The position numbers and the translations under genes were made by a program. A stretch of DNA of 64,000 nucleotides from Camelus dromedarius (taxonomy: Eukaryota): positions 20,338,001-20,402,000 of the forward strand of contig NC_087436.1 of assembly GCF_036321535.1 (NCBI RefSeq), written 5' to 3'. Every line of letters begins with the position of its first letter. The first letter of the stretch is position 1. Below, piece after piece: positions 12,440-24,240 of the stretch. The notes under the pieces were generated by a model, which saw only the letters and a list, made by a program, of their open reading frames with translations, had not been told where the DNA came from and made no database searches.

Positions 12440-14559
12440 TAGAAGGTGGATTCTTTAACTTGATGATGGGTATTTGAGCGGTATGGCTCTCTGGAAAGGA
12501 ACTAGGGAGACCCCTGCTGGGGGCATGGAGTGACGGGCTCCCCACACAGAGCCAGATTTGGGGTAAATGGGAGGTTGCAAATTCAAAAACTTAGTTGGAT
12601 GAGGATTTAGAATGAGAAAGGAAAAGAATACATGATGAAGTGATCATGAATGGACAAGCTGGAGTAATTAGTCTTCTAGAAAAATAAGAATGAAGTAAGT
12701 CAGGAAAACAAGTCACAAGAAGAAAAGAACTGTGGTACCTGAAACTCCAAGTAGGTAAATGAATATGGAGGTTTCGGTTCCAGATCCCTTCAAGGACATT
12801 CCCGAATCCCATAAGAGTCCACAGACCCTGCATAGGTCAAAGTGTCCTGCTAGAAGAAGAGAATGTTCTCTGAGATGTGCAAATGGTCAATCCTGATACA
12901 CCAAAAACTCATCATAATTTCAAAGAAACGTTAAGGTTTGAAAAAAGTCTGAGGCGAGGGGAGGAGGTGGCAAAAGGACTGGAACTGACAGGGTTGGGCA
13001 AGGCTGGGAAAAGGGATGGTGTTCTTCACTGGACATTAGTGATTCCTTGCACTGTGGTTTATAAATTGCTGCTCCAAGTTATTTAAATGTTTCTATCTCA
13101 CTTCAGACAGTTATACTTAATATATAAAGTACTGTAAAGGTGAACTTGAAATTAAAGAGAGAGAGAAGAAATAAAACAGAGAGGTTGGCACTGTAAGATT
13201 AAAGATGACATGGCGGGGGCTGTAAGTCTAGGGTTTCTGACCCCGAGCATGCATGGATGGCTTTCAGAAGATCCACAAACCTGTGGGAAAGTATAGTTTC
13301 CTTTCGTCTTCCCAGTATTTAAAATTATAGTTAGAGGAGAAAAACAGTTCGTACAACTTATATTTTTTATTCAAGCATTGGTTCACACTAACATAAAAGG
13401 CAACATATAAAGCAAAGCACAGCTTGGTAATTTGTAACTGTCATTATTGGCCAGTTACAGTATCTATCAGGACTTCCTTTGGTATGAATTGCAAATATTT
13501 CATGGCATTATGATTATGAACATCTATATATCTATACCTTGATACCAGCTTAGGCTAGGAAATACCACTCTATATGTATGTAAGTATCTATATATGTTTT
13601 GGGGAACAAAACTGAACATAAAAGTCAGAAGGTATCTTGTGTAGCCAGATGCTTACCTATGGAAGTAGGAAGCCAACAGAGCTGAAGTGGTCCCTTATGT
13701 CCTAACAATCCACTACAAGGTCTGCTTTTTTTGCCTAAGTAAAAGGCTCAACTGGAAAAACATTAAAAATTTTACCTAAATTGGATTTGCTTCAACACAA
13801 AGAGTGGTGTATTGAGTCAGCCTGCAAAACTGCTTGTTCAGTTTCATCTGTTACCAGATAAAAGACTTTGATGAAGCAATATGTCTTGGAAATGGTTAAG
13901 CTAATGTATGGCTTGGAGGAAAATTTAAAAATAAAATAACATTCTGTCAAAATGTTCTCATCCATTCCAGAATCACTAAAATCTATTCCAGTATTTTGAA
14001 GCAGATCATTAAGGAACTGCCATTTCTCTCTCTGTCTGTCTATGTTTTGTGAAAGTATTGACTTCTCTTACCAGATTCAAGTTCTGGTTCCCATGTTCTT
14101 CGTACAAAGATAGTATCAAATGAGGATTCCTATTTTGGGAGCCCTTTTGGAACGTCCAGAGGCCTCCTGTGGTTTTGAAATTGTAAAAATTTTTATTTGC
14201 CAAACAAAACTTCAACCCAGACACTGGTCCTGGGTATGGTTGGAGAACCAGCCACATTTGGCAGCCCCTCTGGGCTTTCTGGCCTAGTGAAGAAACAAAC
14301 TCTGGTCATCACTGAGGTTCATTCCATTCCAGGCTGTCATGTCGAAGACAAACCCTGATTAAAATTTTGTTTACTACCCCAAAAGTCATCAACCTATTCA
14401 ATGTCAGAGCCTTGAATTTCTGACTTTTCAAGAAGTTTTGTTAGGAAAGCAGAATGAAGTTCTCTGCCTATGCAGAAATCCCGGCTGTCTGAAAGGTAAG
14501 TCTAGAAGCACTCAGCTGAATTTGAGGTAGGCACCTCCTTCCCAGCCCTAAGACCTCAG

Positions 14560-14820
14560 GTTCAACAACACTTGTTTAGGGTCGTACCTCTCTATCATTG
14601 GTTCTCATAGAACCATGAACCTTTCTTCCACAGTAATTTTATATATTTTATATTTGTGGTTATGATTATTTGATTAATATCTGTCTTCCCCACTAGACTG
14701 TGGGCTCAAGGAGACCAGGGACTAGTTCATTTGAGGTGACCATTGTATCTCTGGCACACAGCACAGTGCTGAGCTCAACAAATATTCAGAAATACATGAA
14801 CAAATGAACAGAAAATGAAT
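14560..14820 (+). mobile_element. L2 3' end
   Basis: 'atatctgtcttccccactagactgtgggctc...cacagtgctgagctcaacaaatattcagaaatacatgaacaaatgaa'. Confidence 0.7.
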
Positions 14821-14889
14821 GGCAAGAAAGAATTTTTCTACAGCCTTCCAGGTATGTGTGGCCATCTGAATAATAACAAAAATGTGACT

Positions 14890-15075
14890 GCCCTTATTAT
14901 AAGGCTTTATCTGACTTAAGCTAATTCTCACAACAATCTTATCAAATAAGTACTATTATTATCCACTGATGAGAAAATCGAGGTGTACACAGGCAAGTCA
15001 CTTGCTTATGTTCTCATGGTTAGTAAGGGGTTGAGCTGAGCTTCACACGGTCTAAATCTGGAGCCCACACTCCAT
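14890..15075 (-). mobile_element. MIR SINE fragment
   Basis: 'taattctcacaacaatcttatcaaataagtactattattatcc...gatgagaaaatcgagg'. Confidence 0.65.
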
Positions 15076-15812
15076 ACTCACTGCGAGGAGAGTCACTGGA
15101 AAACAACCTACTCTTTGGATGAGGCTACCTCTCTGGAAGTGAAGACTGGAGGTAAACAACTATGGAAACTTTACAGATCTGGGGAAAGATTTTCTGCCAG
15201 CTAGGACCCAGGATGGCAGCTCCTCTGCCGGAAGAAACCTCTAGAATTCAGAAGCCCTGCAGTACTCTGTATGTTTCCTCTGCTCAAAATACCACGTAGT
15301 GTATGGGGCAGATCTTGACAAAGATGACCTCAGTGACTGGAAGACAAAGAAATGGTACAAAAGGAATCCAATTTGCAGCATGTTTGAGAATTCTGACATT
15401 TTTCTCTTTCAAGTCAACCCTCACCTGGAAGAAGAAGCAATGGGAATTTTCATTCCATCTGTAACACCTAGCCTTGTAATCAGAGATTTCATAGCTTACT
15501 GCCATCAGAGGTAGAACTAACATGTGTAGACTGTCAAATATGACGTTTTACCATGTGAGAAACCATTCCAAATGTTAAAGTTCTTAATTGAAGTTTTTTT
15601 TAAAAAGCCATGTACTTTTGAAATTTCCTTTTAAGCATAAATTTCATATTGAATTTCTTTTTTTATTTTAAATATACAATCTGGAGTTATTTCAAAAAAA
15701 TTTCCAAGTATTGGCCACTATTTTTGGCAAGAATATCAGTGAGGAAGATCTAACTACCTGCTTAAAGAAAGGCTCCCTGTCTATAAGGAAGAAAAACATT
15801 GTATGTACATTT

Positions 15813-16765
15813 TATTTTTTTATTGAAGTATAACTGATTTAAAATGTTTCAGGTGTACAGCAAGATGATTCACATATAGGTAGATAGATAGATAGATATC
15901 TTTTTTAGATTCTTTTCCATTATACATTATTACAAGGTTTTAAATATAGTTCCCTGTGCTGTACAGTAAGACCTTGTTGTTTATCTATTTTACATACAGT
16001 AGTGTGTATCTGTTAATCCCAAATTCCCAATTTATCCCTCCCTTCCTTTCCTCTTTGGTAACCTTAGGTTTATTTTCTATGTCTGTGAGTCTAGTTTTGT
16101 TTTGTAAATAAGTTCATTTGTATCATTTTTTTTAGATTCCACATATAGGTCATAACATATGATATTTATCTTTCTCTGTCTGACTTACTTCATTGAGTAT
16201 GATAATCTCTGGATCCATCCATGTTGCTACAAATGGCAGTATTTCATTTTTTATGATTGAATATATTTTTTATATATATATATATATCAGTTATAACATA
16301 TATATATGTGTATATGTATATAAACACCACATCTTCTTTATCCGTCATCTGTCGGTGGACATTTAGGTTGCTTCTTTGTCTTGGCTATTATAAATAGCTG
16401 CTATGAACATCAGGGTGCATGTATCTTTTTGAATGAGAGTTTTTGTCTTTTCCATATAAGCCTAGGAGCAGGACTGCTGGATCAAATGGTAGCTCTATTT
16501 TTAGTTTTTAAGAAACCTCCATACAGTTCTACATAGTGACTGCACCAGTTTACATTCTCACCAATAGTGCATGAGGGTTCCCTTTTCCCCACACCGTCTC
16601 CAGCATTTATTATTTATAGACTTTTTGATGATGGTCATTCTGACCTGTGTGAGGTGGTACCTCACTGTGGTTTTAATTTGCATTTCTCTAATAATTAATG
16701 ATGTTGAGCTTCTTTTCATGTGCTTGTTGGCCGTCAATACATCTTTGGAGAAAGGTCTATTTAGG
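15813..16765 (-). mobile_element. 5'-truncated L1 (artiodactyl-type 3' UTR plus ORF2 end)
   Basis: poly-T plus 'attgaagtataactgattt...', then ORF2-terminal sequence 'gtgaggtggtacctcactgtggttttaatttgcatttctct'; TSD TTGTATGTA(C/A)ATTT at 15799-15812 and 16766-16779. Confidence 0.9.
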
Positions 16766-16934
16766 TTGTATGTAAATTTATGAAGGTGCTTATAGGTGCT
16801 TTTTGGAGTCTGTGAGCCAAAAGGAATTGGGAATCACCAGTCTCTAGGTTGAAGCCATTTTTTATGACTTTCTAGCTGAAAGCAGGTGGTTTCAGAGGTG
16901 AATGTATGGGAAGAGGAGGATTTTGTTGGAAGTC

Positions 16935-17285
16935 TATGCGAGGATAGCCTCAATGTGCCCATCCAGATTCACTCTCTAGCCTTCCCAGCTCTTCTTTGAA
17001 TCTTTGAACCTCTAGCAACTGACTGAGTGGAACACATCATGGGTTCCCTGCTTTCTGGCTTCCAGATGGTTCCTCTACTGAAAGCTGCACTCCCGTCCAG
17101 CAGCCCCTCTCCTTCAAAATATAGTAGCTGCCCCTTCCCATGGCCCCGTTAGGTCTGGGGCTGGCAACTGTTTCCCGCTAGGTCATTATCTTTTATTTCC
17201 CTTAACCTTGACCACATTTCAGTGAGTAGTCTCTTCATTATAATCTTTTCAATGACCTTTTGACTATGTTTTCTATGGATACAGG
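16935..17285 (+). mobile_element. ERVL LTR33-like fragment
   Basis: 'gcccatccagattcactctc...gggttccctgctttctggcttccag' matches the 5' part of LTR33. Confidence 0.5.
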
Positions 17286-17370
17286 CTGATGGATACAGGC
17301 TGTCTCTGTTCTTTCACTTCAACTAGTCAAGAGGATTTTTTTTTAACAGGTTAAAAAAAAAAAAAAGGGA

Positions 17371-18590
17371 GATACATCACCAAAAACCTGATCCATGAAA
17401 GAAATAATTAATAAGCTGAACTTTATTAAAATTAAAAATTTCTGCTCTGCAAATGACAATGTCAAGAAAATGAGAAGGTAAGCCGCAGAGTAAGATAAAG
17501 CATTTTCAAAGACATCTGATAAAGGACGGTTATCCAAAATATATAAAGAACCCTTAAAACTCTGCAGTAAGAAAACAAAGAACTCAATTAAGAAATGACC
17601 TAAAGACCTTCACAGACACTTCACCATAGAAGGTAAACATATGGTAAGTAAGCATATAAAAAGATGCTTTACATCACATGCCACCAGAGGAATGCAAATT
17701 AAAACAACAACAAGATACCCCTACATGCCAATTGGAGTGGCCAAAATTCAGGACTCTGACAACACCAAATGCTAGCAAGAATGTGGAGCAATAGAAACTC
17801 TCATACATTTGCTGGTGGGAATGCAAGATGGTAGCACCATTTCAGAACACAGTTTGATGGTTTCTTACAAAATTAAACATACCCTTACCATAGGATCCAG
17901 CAATAACATTCCTTGATATTTACTCAAAGGAGTTGAAATTTCATGTCTACACAAAAGCCTGCACATGGATGTTTATAGCTGCTTTATTCATAATTGCCAA
18001 AAGTTGAGAAGAACCAGGATATCTTTTGGTATGCAAAAGGGTAAGTACACTGAGACACATCAAACAATGGAATATTATTCAGTGGTAAAAAGAAATGAGT
18101 TATCGAGACTTGAGACAACATAAGGAGCTTAAATGTATGTTAGTAAGTGAAAGAAGCCAACCAAAAAGACTACATACTGCATGATTCCAACTATAGGACA
18201 TTCTGCAAAAGGCAAAGCTATGGAGACAATAAAAAATTATTAGTGGTTGTGGAGGGGTGGGCAGGAGGGAAGAGATGAACTGGCAGAGAGGAGAAGATTT
18301 TTAAAGCAGTGAAATACTCTGTATGATACGATATGTTTCATTGTACAATTGTTCAAACCCATAGAAGGGACAACACTAAGCGTGAATCCTAAAGTAAACC
18401 GCGGGCTTTAGAGGATTATAATGCGTCAGTGTAGGCTCATCCCTGATGAAAATGTGTATCATTCTGGTGAGTGATGTTGATAAGGGGGGAAGCTATGCGT
18501 ATGTGAAAAGAGGGGATTTATGGAAAATCTCTATACCTCCCTCTCAATTTTATTGGAAATCTGAAATTGCTCCGAAAATATCTTTTAAAA
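17371..18590 (+). mobile_element. L1MC-type LINE 3' portion
   Basis: ORF2-end text 'ctttattaaaattaaaaatttctgctctgcaaatgac' and L1MC 3' UTR 'aaacccatagaagggacaacactaagcgtgaatcctaaagtaaac'. Confidence 0.85.
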
Positions 18591-18809
18591 AGAATGTTTA
18601 AACTATTTAAAAAATGATTCAAGAGTACATTTTGTACTTGCTTTACATTTCTCTTTCACCACGTCCTCTCCTCTGTCTAATAGTTTTGTAAGCGGAGTGC
18701 CATAAGGGCCATAAGTGCCCACTCCTGCTTTTTCTCTATATCCACCTGGAGATCCTCAGAAAACACCAGTTGGGCTCCAAAAAGTGTTTCATGAATAATG
18801 TCAATTTTA

Positions 18810-19003
18810 GGGGAGGGTAATAGCTTAGTGGTAGAGCTCATGCTTAGCATGCACGAGGTCCTGGATTCAGTCCCCAGTAACTCTGTTAAAAATAAAAATA
18901 AAAATAAAAATAAAAATAAAAATAAAAATAAAAATAAAAATAAAAATAAAAATAAAAATAAAAATAAAAATAAAAATAAAAATAAAAATAAATAAAAATA
19001 AAA

Positions 19004-19043
<40 letters not shown>
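18810..19043 (+). mobile_element. camelid-type tRNA-Ala SINE with expanded microsatellite tail
   Basis: GGGGAGGGTAATAGCTTAGTGGTAGAGCTCATGCTTAGCATGCACGAGGTCCTGG; tail (TAAAAA)n(AAT)n; perfect 16-bp TSD AATAATGTCAATTTTA. Confidence 0.9.

Positions 19044-19049
<6 letters not shown>
18887..19049 (+). repeat. compound microsatellite (TAAAAA)n followed by (AAT)n
   Basis: directly visible tandem arrays. Confidence 0.95.
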
Positions 19050-19050
<1 letters not shown>

Positions 19051-19534
19051 TCAATTTTAAAGATGTTTCCTTGGGCATCTGAAGAAGAGGGTTCTATCAC
19101 CCTTTCACAGAATAATTTCCCCTTAATTCCCCTCCTTTGACATCTTTTCCCAAAGTTCCTCCCCGGGGGCAGCCTTCTCATCCTCTCATCTTTTTCTAAA
19201 ACTCACCTGTTAATAATTCAATTCTCCTTATTCCAACTGATTCTCTTCACCAAATGATCAAATGTATAAAAATTATCTTAAATGTACATTTACAAAAGAA
19301 AGAAAGATAAGTCATTTTTCCTAATAAGAAAAATTATACATGCTCATTGCAAAAAAAAAATCAAACATTTCAGAAATGCATAACTTATAAATTTAAATTT
19401 TCCTATAATTCTAATATCTACAGATAACTACTTTTCTGGTTTGGAGAATGGTCCTCCAAAAAATTTTTTTGGCAGATACTAACGAGTATTATTTTCTTCT
19501 TTTTATTTTTGAAAAACAAGGATTATATTTTTTT

Positions 19535-20347
19535 AAATGAGCAAAAGACTTGAACAGATGTGGATGGCAAATGAGCATATGAAAAGATGCTCAACAGCAT
19601 TAGGCATTAGTCATTAGGGAAAAGGAAATTAAAGTTTCAATGAGATACCACCATGCACCTATTAGAATGATTAAAACTTAAAAGCCTGACCATTCCAAGT
19701 GTGGGCCAGAATTTGAAGACTAGAACACTCATAGACTGCTGGTGGAATGTGAAATGGTACAATCACTTTGGAAAGCAGTTTGACAGTTTCTTAAGTTAAA
19801 CATACACCTGCCCTATGATCCAGTCATTCCACTCTTGAGGATTTACCCACAGGAAGTGGAAGCATATGTTCATACAAAGACAGATGTTCACAGAAGATTT
19901 TTTCAAAATAAAAAACTGGAAGCAATCCGAATGTCCATCAACAGGCGAATGGGATAAACAAATTGTACTGTATCTATACAATGAGAGACTACTCAGTAAT
20001 AAAAAGGAATGAATTGTTGATACATGCAACAACCTAGAAGAACAAAAGGCTGAGTGAAAGCCAGACAAAAAGAGTGTATAGTAAATGCTTCAATTTTCTT
20101 AAAACTTTAGAAAATATAAACTAATCTGTAGTGACAGAAAGCAGATCAGTGATTGGGCGGGGGAGAGGGACAAGAGAAGGATTATCAAGGTGCACAAGAA
20201 ATCTTTTGAGGGTGACGGATATTTTCACTGTCTTGACTATGGTGATGAGTTCGTGGGTATAAAACTGATCAAAACTCACCAAAGTGTACACTTTAAAATA
20301 TACAGTTTATCTATGTCAGTTACATCTGAATAAAAGCAGCTTAAAAA
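19535..20347 (+). mobile_element. old L1M LINE 3' portion
   Basis: 'gagcatatgaaaagatgctcaacagcattagg', 'aactggaagcaatccgaatgtccatcaacaggcgaatgg' and 3' UTR 'ctaatctgtagtgacagaaagcagatcagtg'. Confidence 0.8.
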
Positions 20348-21924
20348 TGGAGACAACCCAAGACATACAATTTTGCAATTTATGGTTTACAGTGAACACA
20401 TGTGTATGATTATTTTATATAAAGGAGGTAAAGGGCAGAATTAAGATCCATTGCACTAAATAAGGTGCTCACCAATGATAAGAAACTATCTAGTTCAACA
20501 AATAATGTGTTACCAAATCGTTCTTTTTTTTTTCATATTACCTTTGTGTGACAAATCTATAAAGTTTCTCCAAGATAACCGTGACTTAAAGTTGGTAAAA
20601 ATGGATATTGTAAGAAGAAAAGTGATTTATTCTGTAAGTTTTGTTGCCCTTCTCAGATATTTCTCAGTCTCTAATTGGTTTAATTTCATCTTAGAATTAT
20701 TTGGATAGGAAATGCATATTGATGTATATTTTTAAATGCTAATAATGTTGATGCCCATATGTCAAGTCAAACAGATGTGAGTTTGAATCATTGCTTTGAT
20801 TGCAGGTAAATCTCCTAGCTTTAGTTTACTCAGTAATAAAAGGACAAAATGATACCAACTTGTTAGGATTGTTATGAAGAGTGAATGTCATAATTCATAT
20901 AATTTATTTGTCATATAATAAATACTCAACAATGTTAGTTCCCTTCCCCTTGCTCTTTCTAAGTAGGTTCTTCAATACCAGAAAATAATCTGCTATGTAG
21001 GTAATAAGAGGACAAGCAGGATATTTCAGGTAATCTTGGAGTGTCAGATGGGGCCTTAAAGTTGAGGCCAGTGGGAAAAGGGCCCATATATTCAAAGAGA
21101 GAAGCTAGACACATCACCTTGGAGGAAGCCAAGCTGGTCCAACATCGAGCATCCACTAAATAGGCCTAGAGATTCATTTGAGAAGAGGTTACCTTCATGG
21201 AAATCTTGAGAGCAGAGAGCACCACATTTGCATAGACCCAGGGCCCCAGTATAGTGTACAGTGACTAAGAATTCCTTGGAAGGCTTGTCATGTGTCCCCT
21301 GGAGTTTGAGGTCACAGAGGCTGGTGCCTGGTTAAGCCTCAGCAGAGGAGACTGGCTGGAGCTGCCAAATGCCACGGCTGGGAAGCAAGACAGGAGAAGG
21401 CTTATAGTCAATTTATGGGCTGGTTGTAAGTATTTTGAGTTGCAAAAAGCTGGTAACTTATATCAAAACAAGAATCGCCCTCACACACTGAAGACAAATA
21501 CATATGCATCTACAAGATGGAAAGGGAGTTTAGAGTTTCATCAGACTTCTCATCAATGTTTATGTAGTTCATACATGTATGAATAAAAAGCAGTTAAGCA
21601 TAAATCCTTAGGTAGTTCTAGCTGAAGGCAGAAATATTTGAACATGCTACTAAGTGATACCAAAATATGTAATAATAAGAAATTAATCATAAGAAATTAT
21701 AATATGAATCTTAGAATTAAAATTATATTTGAAGGTAGAATCCTCTACTTCCACTCAGCATGAATATCATTCTTTATATAAATATAGGTAAATAAAACCA
21801 TAGAGGGTAGTATCATTGAAGTCATAAAACTATGAGTTTAGTTGAATCATATACTTTCTGTGATTGAAAGAAGACATTCTCTGCTCCCAGAACAATTAAG
21901 TGCTTCTGGTGCCTTGAGATAGAT

Positions 21925-22440
21925 TGTTATATAAATGAGTCAAAGATAGCCTCCATGTATTGGCCTCTAGTCTCTTTATTTCTTCAGTGCAGCCTGAGAT
22001 CTATTAGCTCAAAAAGCCATTGGCACCAAAGTCAAATTTTACAATCCAATTATTTTTAAAAGAGCCTAAACAATCAACATTTTAGCCACTTAGTGCCTGC
22101 TTAGTTTGCATACCCCCAAAACATCACCCAACAGCTCTTACCTACTGATAAGACAGGGCCTCACAGTAATAAGGCTCAAAGCTGATGCTTCCCTTGGAGA
22201 TCTCTCACCCAGAGACTACAAGTAAGTCCCCTCTCTCTTCTCTCCTTCCTCTGGGAGTTCCCTTGCCTAACTCCCCTTCTAGATGATGGTTCGTTTTAGT
22301 AAGCCTCTTAATGGCTACATGCTGTGAGAAACATCCCCTCTCATGCATCCTTATTCTCATGCCATCCAATAAAGCTTGTGTTTTAGTGTCTCTCTTGGTC
22401 ATCTTTTCCCTTGATCAGCCCCACATCCCTGAAACCTCTA
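21925..22440 (+). mobile_element. probable solo LTR (family unassigned)
   Basis: starts TGTTA, has CCAATAAAGCTTG at ~22366 followed by a pyrimidine-rich U5-like segment. Confidence 0.4.
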
Positions 22441-22628
22441 TGTGAACTAATTACAAATTCAGCAGAAAAAATTGTAAAATGGTGCCAAATATGGTTAAGA
22501 TATAGCTAGAAAAAGAAAACTTGTGAAATGTGTCTAAAATTCATTTATTGTAATCAGAGACTATTAAGAAGAGAAAAGGTATGGGAATTTTACAAAGATT
22601 TGAAAGATGTCAATTTGGGCTAAGCAAC

Positions 22629-23090
22629 TGTGGACAAAGAATGTTGCCCCCACCACCTCAGTAAACAAAAGATGTTGCGGCCATGACACCATCAGCCACT
22701 GCAGCTGCTCCTGATGGCGCACCCTGAGGGGAACTCAGGGTGGAGAAAAACAGGATACCAGTCCTAGATAGTTAAGATGCACATCAGAGGAATAATTTCA
22801 CTGACCCCAGATTCTTGCATCTTCCCATAGATAGAAAATCACTAAAATCATTAACTCTAATGTCTGGTTTTTGTGGTTAGTAGTAATCTTTTGATGTTTT
22901 TGACTCTGTCGTTTTTTGGAGGGTTTTTTTTTTGCAACAGAAACACCTATATATCCTAGCTCCTCCCTTACCTCTTTAGAACAGTTCTTCAGAGCTATCT
23001 GTGAGGGTGCCAATCCTGGGCTATAGTCCTCAGTACGTCTGTTGAATAAAGCATAATTCTCAGCTTTTATGTTGTGCATTTTTTTCTATT
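22629..23090 (+). mobile_element. ERV1 LTR, MER41-like (artiodactyl type)
   Basis: begins TGTGGACAAAGAATGTTGCC; has TATA-like 'cctatatat', R-region 'cagagctatctgtgagggtgccaatcctgggctatagtcctcagt' and GAATAAA. Confidence 0.65.
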
Positions 23091-23091
23091 A

Positions 23092-23967
23092 TGTTTCAGT
23101 AAGTAGAGGGACCCCTAAATTCAGAGGCCCACCAAAGTGGGGGTCCTTGCTGTCAACTGTGAAAGAATTTGCAGCAGAGGCAGAGGGACACAGTGAATGG
23201 CTGCTTTACTTCTCAAAAGAGGAAAAGGAAAGGAAGCACTGGAGCTGGGAGCTATCAGCCAAGACGGATGGTAGAGACAGCTCCGCGTGGCTGGGCCATG
23301 TGGATTTTTATGAGCGGCTTCTTCTATCATGTCCTCCTTCCGGATGTGATGGAACCAATCAGTCCTTGTACAGGCTTTTCAGTCCTTGTATGGGCTTTTC
23401 TAGCTGTTGTCATGGCAATCATCAACTGTCACGGTTGTCATTTAGCATGCTAATGTATTGCAATGAGGGTGTAACGAGGCTCAGGGTCCACTGGAAGTCA
23501 AATGCTATGCTATCTTGGGCTCAGTTGGTTCTAACCAGTTTTTGTTTCTTTACTTTGCAGCTGCCTCCTGAGACTTAGATAAAACTAACTGGTTTCTATT
23601 CAAGGGAGGGGCAGGGGTATGATCCTGGGAGCAGCAGCCTTGGTAACAAAAAGGAAAGTTGCTTTTAATAGGAATGCCTCAAATCTGGTAGATCCAATGC
23701 CACCCCACCACACACACACACACAAAAATCATCTCCAAAGATTCTGCTCAGCTATGGAAGTTTTAAAGGGAAATGGGAGAGTAAGCTCAGGTAATCACTG
23801 AGATAGCTGGTCAGAGTCCTTGCCAGCCCCCAGTGCCTGCAGGCTTGTCCTAATCCACTGTTTCAGCCTGCTCTTCTATGGCTTAGGGAGACCTGGGAGA
23901 TTTCATTTTTCTATTAAACAAGAGGCAGGGGTAGAGGGTGAGGTGCCAAGGGTCCTGCTCAGTATCA
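23092..23967 (-). mobile_element. one or two ERV1-class LTRs in reverse orientation
   Basis: 'ggggtccttgctgtcaactgtgaaagaattt' and 'gggtcctgctcagtatca' resemble reversed MER4-group LTR ends. Confidence 0.5.
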
Positions 23968-24039
23968 GACACAATCAAATATGTTTCAAACCTAAATAGA
24001 TTGTTTTTCTATAGCCACCATATAGTCCATGGGACTGGA

Positions 24040-24240
24040 CCACGATCTTGGTTCAGTCATTTACTACCTATGTGGACTTGAACAAGTTTTTCTTAAAATC
24101 TGTCTGAACTTCCAGTTCTACACCGATAAAATGGAGATAATCATACTTTCATGAAGTTATTGTGGGTTATTGTGAATATTATTTGAGATAAAAAATGTGA
24201 GGCACCTGGTACATAGCAGGTTTTCAAAATTTGTTAGCTC
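24040..24240 (+). mobile_element. MIR SINE
   Basis: 'catttactacctatgtggacttgaacaagtt...taaaatggagataatcatac...gcacctggtacatagcagg'. Confidence 0.7.

Noticed and set aside
14445..14501. Consensus donor AAG|GTAAGT with a possible 51-bp exon
   Set aside because: Weak polypyrimidine tract; isolated donor motifs are expected by chance (another occurs at 3963)
15299..15514. 71-aa ORF with protein-like composition
   Set aside because: GTG start, no recognisable homology, weak downstream donor and no partner exons
18677..19181. ORFs with poly-L, (FL)n, (KN)n and (IF)n tracts
   Set aside because: Translations of the SINE microsatellite tail
23069..23578. 169-aa ORF in the LTR cluster
   Set aside because: Within LTR sequence; no gag, pol or env motifs
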